Shown one piece after another: positions 40,149 through 43,966 of a DNA stretch of 43,966 bases; positions within the stretch are counted from its first letter, which is position 1; the number at the start of each line of letters is the position of its first letter. Under the pieces are notes generated by a model. The model saw only the letters and a list, made by a program, of their open reading frames with translations, did no database searches and was not told the origin of the DNA. A program made the position numbers and the translations under genes. Source of the stretch: Hyphomicrobiales bacterium (GTDB lineage: Bacteria > Pseudomonadota > Alphaproteobacteria > Rhizobiales > Aestuariivirgaceae). The DNA lies in contig JAYUOP010000293.1 of assembly GCA_043760745.1 (NCBI GenBank), positions 1 to 43,966 on the forward strand, in the 5' to 3' direction.

Positions 40149-41835
40149 CTTGCTCTTCGGTTGGTTTAAACTGTTCGGGTTCTTCAACTTTTGAAATCTT
40201 GGAACCGGGGAATTTCTTCAAAATTGCTTGCACATCCGGCAGTGCAGCTACTTCTTGAATGGCGGTTTCTTTAGCGTCTTGGCGCTGGGCCGATACGGGT
40301 TTGGCGCCACCATCTTTTTGCACTGAAACAATCCAGCGCCGGCTCGTCCAAGCTTCTAGTTTTCTTGTGATTTCACCAGGAAGGCCGGGGCTCGCACCAG
40401 GTTCTAGTGCGATTGCAATCTGGCCCGGGGCCACGCGAATGGGCCGCACAAATTTCTCGAGATCTGTCTTCAGTTTAATGTCGCGTTTGTCATTGGCGAG
40501 GGCAATGATATCGGCAAAGGACGTAAAGCTTGCGGTTGGCGGCGGAGGCGCGGTTTCCCATGGTGGGGTCACGTCTGGTTGCACAGCCAAATTGCCGCGC
40601 TGCTCAACGGCGGGCTTAGTCTCGCTCCGCAATGGGGTAATTGCGCGCGGCGGCGCCGCCTGTTCAGTCGCGACAGCTGTCACTAATTTTGCCAATTCCT
40701 CGCCCGAAGGCATGGTGCTGGCGTGGCATAATCTGATCAACACCATTTCAGCGGCCATAAGAGGCTGGCCTGCTTGAGCGGTTTCGGTGATGCCTTTCAG
40801 TAACATTTGCCAAGCTCTGGTCAATTGGCTCAAATTTAATTTACCAGCAAATTCCGCACCCTTGGTCTTTTCGATTTCAGAATAGGCGGGATCTTTCAAG
40901 GCCGCTTCACCTACGATTTTAATGCGGGTGACCCAATGAATAAACTCGGCCAAGTCGGTAAGAATGGTTTGTGGATCGCCACCGGACTCATATTGCAGCG
41001 CTATTTCTTGTAAGGCCTCGGCTGGTTTTCCAGCCATAACAGCAGCAAAAAGATCAACCACGCGGCTGCGGTCCATCAGGCCTAGCATCTTGGCCACATC
41101 GGCCTCAACCACACCACTCACACCATAAGCAATCGCTTGATCAAGAAGAGACAACCCATCGCGCACCGAGCCCTCAGCAGCGCGCGCAATCATGGCAAGT
41201 GAGCCTTCATCAATGGTCACATTTTCAAGGCCAGCGATTTTGCCGTAATGCTGCATCAGTAAGGCTGCATCCAAACGCTTCAAATCAAAGCGCTGACAAC
41301 GCGACAAAATGGTGACCGGAACTTTGCGAATTTCGGTGGTGGCGAAGATAAACTTTACATGCGGTGGTGGTTCTTCAAGCGTTTTCAACAAGGCGTTGAA
41401 AGCATTCTTAGAAAGCATGTGAACTTCGTCGATGATATAAACTTTGTAACGCAATGCAGCTGGCGCATAACGCACGCTATCAATAATCTCGCGCATATCA
41501 TCAACGCCGGTATTGGAGGCGGCGTCCATTTCGATCACATCCATATGGTGCGATTCCAAAATGGCTTGGCATTGCGGTGTGATCTCGGTCATCGCGGTGG
41601 TCGCACCCGAGGGATAGTTCAAGCCACGAGCAATCAGACGAGCAGTTGTGGTTTTTCCAATGCCGCGCACGCCTGTCAGCATATAGGCTTGGGCAATGCG
41701 GTTTGACGAAAAAGCATTGGTCAGGGTTCGGACCATGGCATCTTGGCCGATCAGATCGGTGAAATCTTTCGGGCGGTATTTTCGGGCAAGAACGCGATAT
41801 CCCGAAGCACTCGCGCCGCTGGTGTTGTCTGTCAT
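40132..41835 (-). CDS. dnaX: DNA polymerase III subunit gamma/tau
   Basis: YRVLARKYRP, Walker A GIGKTT, EMDAAS, IIDEVHML, LKTLEEPP, SRC. Confidence 0.97.
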   Translation of the reverse strand: MTDNTSGASASGYRVLARKYRPKDFTDLIGQDAMVRTLTNAFSSNRIAQAYMLTGVRGIGKTTTARLIARGLNYPSGATTAMTEITPQCQAILESHHMDVIEMDAASNTGVDDMREIIDSVRYAPAALRYKVYIIDEVHMLSKNAFNALLKTLEEPPPHVKFIFATTEIRKVPVTILSRCQRFDLKRLDAALLMQHYGKIAGLENVTIDEGSLAMIARAAEGSVRDGLSLLDQAIAYGVSGVVEADVAKMLGLMDRSRVVDLFAAVMAGKPAEALQEIALQYESGGDPQTILTDLAEFIHWVTRIKIVGEAALKDPAYSEIEKTKGAEFAGKLNLSQLTRAWQMLLKGITETAQAGQPLMAAEMVLIRLCHASTMPSGEELAKLVTAVATEQAAPPRAITPLRSETKPAVEQRGNLAVQPDVTPPWETAPPPPTASFTSFADIIALANDKRDIKLKTDLEKFVRPIRVAPGQIAIALEPGASPGLPGEITRKLEAWTSRRWIVSVQKDGGAKPVSAQRQDAKETAIQEVAALPDVQAILKKFPGSKISKVEEPEQFKPTEEQDDEYQ

Positions 41836-41883
41836 GGCGCGGCCCTAGGGGTCAACCGTTTGTGGCAAAAAATGCCAGAGAGG

Positions 41884-41980
41884 TGGAAGGCTGGACGGCA
41901 ACCCGTTCCGGTCTCGTTGGGGCTGCTTCCTTCCGGACCTGACCCGATTGGCGAGCGATACGTCCGCTGCCAACCTTCCA
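41884..41980 (-). ncRNA. ffs: Signal recognition particle RNA (4.5S)
   Basis: Minus strand contains the conserved helix-8 TCAGGTCCGGAAGGAAGCAGC. Ends pair (GGAAGGTTGG/CCAGCCTTCC). Immediately upstream of dnaX. Confidence 0.95.
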
Positions 41981-41987
41981 AGGCGGT

Positions 41988-42016
41988 ATATCGGTGTTTT
42001 AAGTTCGAAAGGCAAG
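41988..42016 (-). promoter_or_regulatory. Sigma70-type promoter of ffs(-dnaX)
   Basis: Minus strand CTTGCC-N17-CGATAT, about 8 nt before the SRP RNA 5' end. Confidence 0.6.
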
Positions 42017-42102
42017 GGGAAGTATAAATTACGTTTACATTTCAGTATTTGTTTTTACGAAATATAAATGCTATGACAATTTTTGTAATCTGGAGACCTA
42101 AG

Positions 42103-42441
42103 ATGACAAGCGCTGTTGCACAAATGATGGATGGATTGCGGGATCGCGGTGGGCTGAAGGGTATTGATGTCGCCAACATTGCTGCCGTTTCGCCCGCAAC
42201 GGTTTCGCGTTGGGCTGCGGGGGCGGCGTTTCCGCATCCAAAAACTCAACTGATTATATCCGATCTCCGCTATGTCGTTGATCGCCTGACAGAACTTTAT
42301 AGCCCGCAAGAAACCAGACTTTGGCTTTATGGCAAACATCGCTTGCTCAATGGCCAGCGCGCTATTGACCTCATTCATGATGGTAAAGCCGATGAGGTTC
42401 TGGCGATTATTGAATCATTGAATGAAAGTACATTTACATAA
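42103..42441 (+). CDS. Xre/MbcA/ParS-type antitoxin (HTH + DUF2384-like C-terminus)
   Basis: HTH DVANIAAVSPATVSRW. C-terminal RLWL...LNGQRAIDLI...EVLAII typical of DUF2384. ATG 42103 after GGAG. TAATG-coupled to the RES gene. Confidence 0.8.
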   Translation: MTSAVAQMMDGLRDRGGLKGIDVANIAAVSPATVSRWAAGAAFPHPKTQLIISDLRYVVDRLTELYSPQETRLWLYGKHRLLNGQRAIDLIHDGKADEVLAIIESLNESTFT

Positions 42442-42965
42442 TGAGTGCTCATGACGGTGCATTGCTCGATGCGCTTTCGGAATGTGACTTCATTGCTTTT
42501 GCCGGTACAGTTTGGCGGATTACGCGGTCGGGCTTTGATCCCTTGCGGGGTTCCATTGCCCAAGGACGCTGGCATGCAGGGCCAGAAGTTGAGATTTTAT
42601 ACACCAGTACAACTAAAGGCGGTGCGCTAGCTGAGATCGGCTTTCGCTTGGGGTTAGAACCAATTTGGCCAAGCAGGATCACCCATGATTTGCATACTAT
42701 TTCGGTATCCACCGCCAAAACCTTGAAACTAGCTGATCTTGCCGCTTTGGCAACGTTTGGTATTGAAGGCAAACAGTATTTGGGATTTGACTATAGTCAA
42801 ACCAACGCCATTGCGGCGGCGGCTCATTTTCTTGAATTCGATGGTTTGATGGTCCCGAGTGCGCGCGGTCCGTTCAATAACTTGGTTTTGTTTAAAGAGC
42901 GCATTTCCGAACTTACAGTGGGCGTAAGCGAAAATGTTGACTGGGTACGCTGGCGAGGGAATTGA
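42441..42965 (+). CDS. RES domain toxin (putative NAD+ phosphorylase/ADP-ribosyltransferase)
   Basis: VWRI (R), GRW, LYTS, ALAE (E), Y..T..IA, GLMVPSAR (S), NLVLF. Confidence 0.85.
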   Translation: MSAHDGALLDALSECDFIAFAGTVWRITRSGFDPLRGSIAQGRWHAGPEVEILYTSTTKGGALAEIGFRLGLEPIWPSRITHDLHTISVSTAKTLKLADLAALATFGIEGKQYLGFDYSQTNAIAAAAHFLEFDGLMVPSARGPFNNLVLFKERISELTVGVSENVDWVRWRGN

Positions 42966-42989
42966 CTGCTCTCGCGCCCTCGCCTATTT
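42961..42989 (+). promoter_or_regulatory. Putative RpoH/sigma70-like promoter of def, likely giving a leaderless mRNA
   Basis: ATTGAC-N16-CCTATTT ends 8 nt before the def ATG. No SD sequence. Confidence 0.4.
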
Positions 42990-42997
42990 CAGGCGTT

Positions 42998-43516
42998 ATG
43001 AGTATTCAATCGATTATCACGTTGCCAGACGAGAAGTTTCTGCGTCAGACGTCAACCGCTTTCAAAACCGTGGACGCGGATACGCGCAAGCTCTTTGATG
43101 ATATGTTGGAGACGATGTATGATGCGCCGGGCATTGGCTTGGCTGCTATTCAAATTGGCGTTCTTCAGAGGGCCGTCGTCGTCGACTTGGCCAAGGAAAA
43201 TGAAGAACCAAAGCCGTTGTTTCTCGCTAATCCGGAAATCATTTGGTCGGCTGCAGAACGCAGCGACTATGAAGAGGGTTGCCTTTCCATTCCTGATTTT
43301 TACGAAATGGTGGAGCGGCCATCCGAAATTAAAGTGCGATATCTGGACCGCCAAAATGAAGGCCAAGAGATCCATGCTGTAGGACTGCTCGCAACGTGTT
43401 TGCAGCATGAAATTGATCACCTCAACGGCATTCTGTTCATCGATTACATTTCCAAATTGAAACGCGACCGGGTGATCAAGAAATTTGCCAAGGCGCAAAA
43501 ACTGGGAAAGCTTTAA
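42998..43516 (+). CDS. def: Peptide deformylase
   Basis: [22 protein letters not shown] motifs. ATG 42998. Confidence 0.97.
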   Translation: MSIQSIITLPDEKFLRQTSTAFKTVDADTRKLFDDMLETMYDAPGIGLAAIQIGVLQRAVVVDLAKENEEPKPLFLANPEIIWSAAERSDYEEGCLSIPDFYEMVERPSEIKVRYLDRQNEGQEIHAVGLLATCLQHEIDHLNGILFIDYISKLKRDRVIKKFAKAQKLGKL

Positions 43517-43520
43517 AACC

Positions 43521-43966
43521 ATGAAATTGATTTTCATGGGCACGCCGGATTTTTCAGTGCGTGTGCTAGAAAGTCTGATTGCGGCTGGACACGAGATTGT
43601 CTGCGTTTACTCGCAACCACCACGCGCAGCTGGCCGTGGGCAGAATTTGCGCGCTTCTGCAGTCCAGGTTTTTGCCGAACAACTCGGGCTGTTGGTTCGC
43701 ACGCCCTTGAATTTCAAAGCCTCCGAAGACCGAAACGCATTTTTGGAATTGAACGCGGATGCAGCTGTTGTGGTGGCCTATGGCTTGCTGTTGCCACAAG
43801 TGGCTTTGGATGCGCCGAAGTTTGGTTGCTTCAATGTCCATGCCTCGCTTTTGCCGCGCTGGCGAGGAGCTGCACCCATTCAACGCGCGATCATGGCGGG
43901 GGACGCCACAACTGGCGTTACGATTATGCGGATGGAAGCGGGCCTTGATACGGGACCCATGATTGC
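43521..43966 (+). CDS. fmt: Methionyl-tRNA formyltransferase (3'-truncated by window edge; missing from the ORF track)
   Basis: Read directly: [12 protein letters not shown]...YSQPPR.AGRG...VVAYGLLLP...[20 protein letters not shown]...GLDTGP. Follows def. Confidence 0.96.
   Translation, partial: MKLIFMGTPDFSVRVLESLIAAGHEIVCVYSQPPRAAGRGQNLRASAVQVFAEQLGLLVRTPLNFKASEDRNAFLELNADAAVVVAYGLLLPQVALDAPKFGCFNVHASLLPRWRGAAPIQRAIMAGDATTGVTIMRMEAGLDTGPMI

Noticed and set aside
40500-40720. Programmed frameshift producing the gamma subunit of DnaX
   Set aside because: No A-AAA-AAG or long poly-A slippery site was seen in the Pro/Ala-rich linker.
41530-41640. DnaX lacks the four-Cys zinc module (LNYPSG...QC)
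   Set aside because: As far as I recall, loss of these cysteines is common in Hyphomicrobiales DnaX, so it is not unusual.

Overview
Chromosomal window (~50% GC by eye) from an alphaproteobacterium, most consistent with Hyphomicrobiales based on gene order, promoter style, speF leader, and CtrA- and LexA-type boxes. In order it holds: (1) a glycogen operon glgP(5'-truncated)-glgB-glgC-glgA-pgm, then a single-ORF GlgX-MalQ fusion and a NudK-like NUDIX gene; (2) a ynjBCD-like ABC importer with a ynjF-like CDP-alcohol phosphotransferase; (3) a speF-type leader, ornithine decarboxylase and a GNAT; (4) an uncharacterised minus-strand FAD/[2Fe-2S] oxidoreductase + NAD(P)/FAD oxidoreductase + divergent glycerol-kinase-like module, beside an APC permease and a divergent non-pyrrolysine MttB-family methyltransferase; (5) yaiI, marC, an aminotransferase and mscL; (6) a CrbS/MxtR-type SLC5-STAC hybrid kinase with a convergent LuxR regulator; (7) pip, an SDR, a structured intergenic sRNA candidate and rmuC with a LexA-like box; (8) DUF2161, an orphan TadG/CpaL-like vWA gene, recR-ybaB-dnaX and SRP RNA; (9) an Xre-RES toxin-antitoxin pair, def and fmt (3'-truncated). 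I found no CRISPR, tRNA, rRNA, integrase or transposase. Best leads: a rare-Arg-codon uORF in the speF leader, the kinase/dehydrogenase/permease/MttB cluster with altered active-site residues, the two-hairpin sRNA candidate and the compact GlgX-MalQ fusion. All family assignments come from motif recognition by eye, not database searches.
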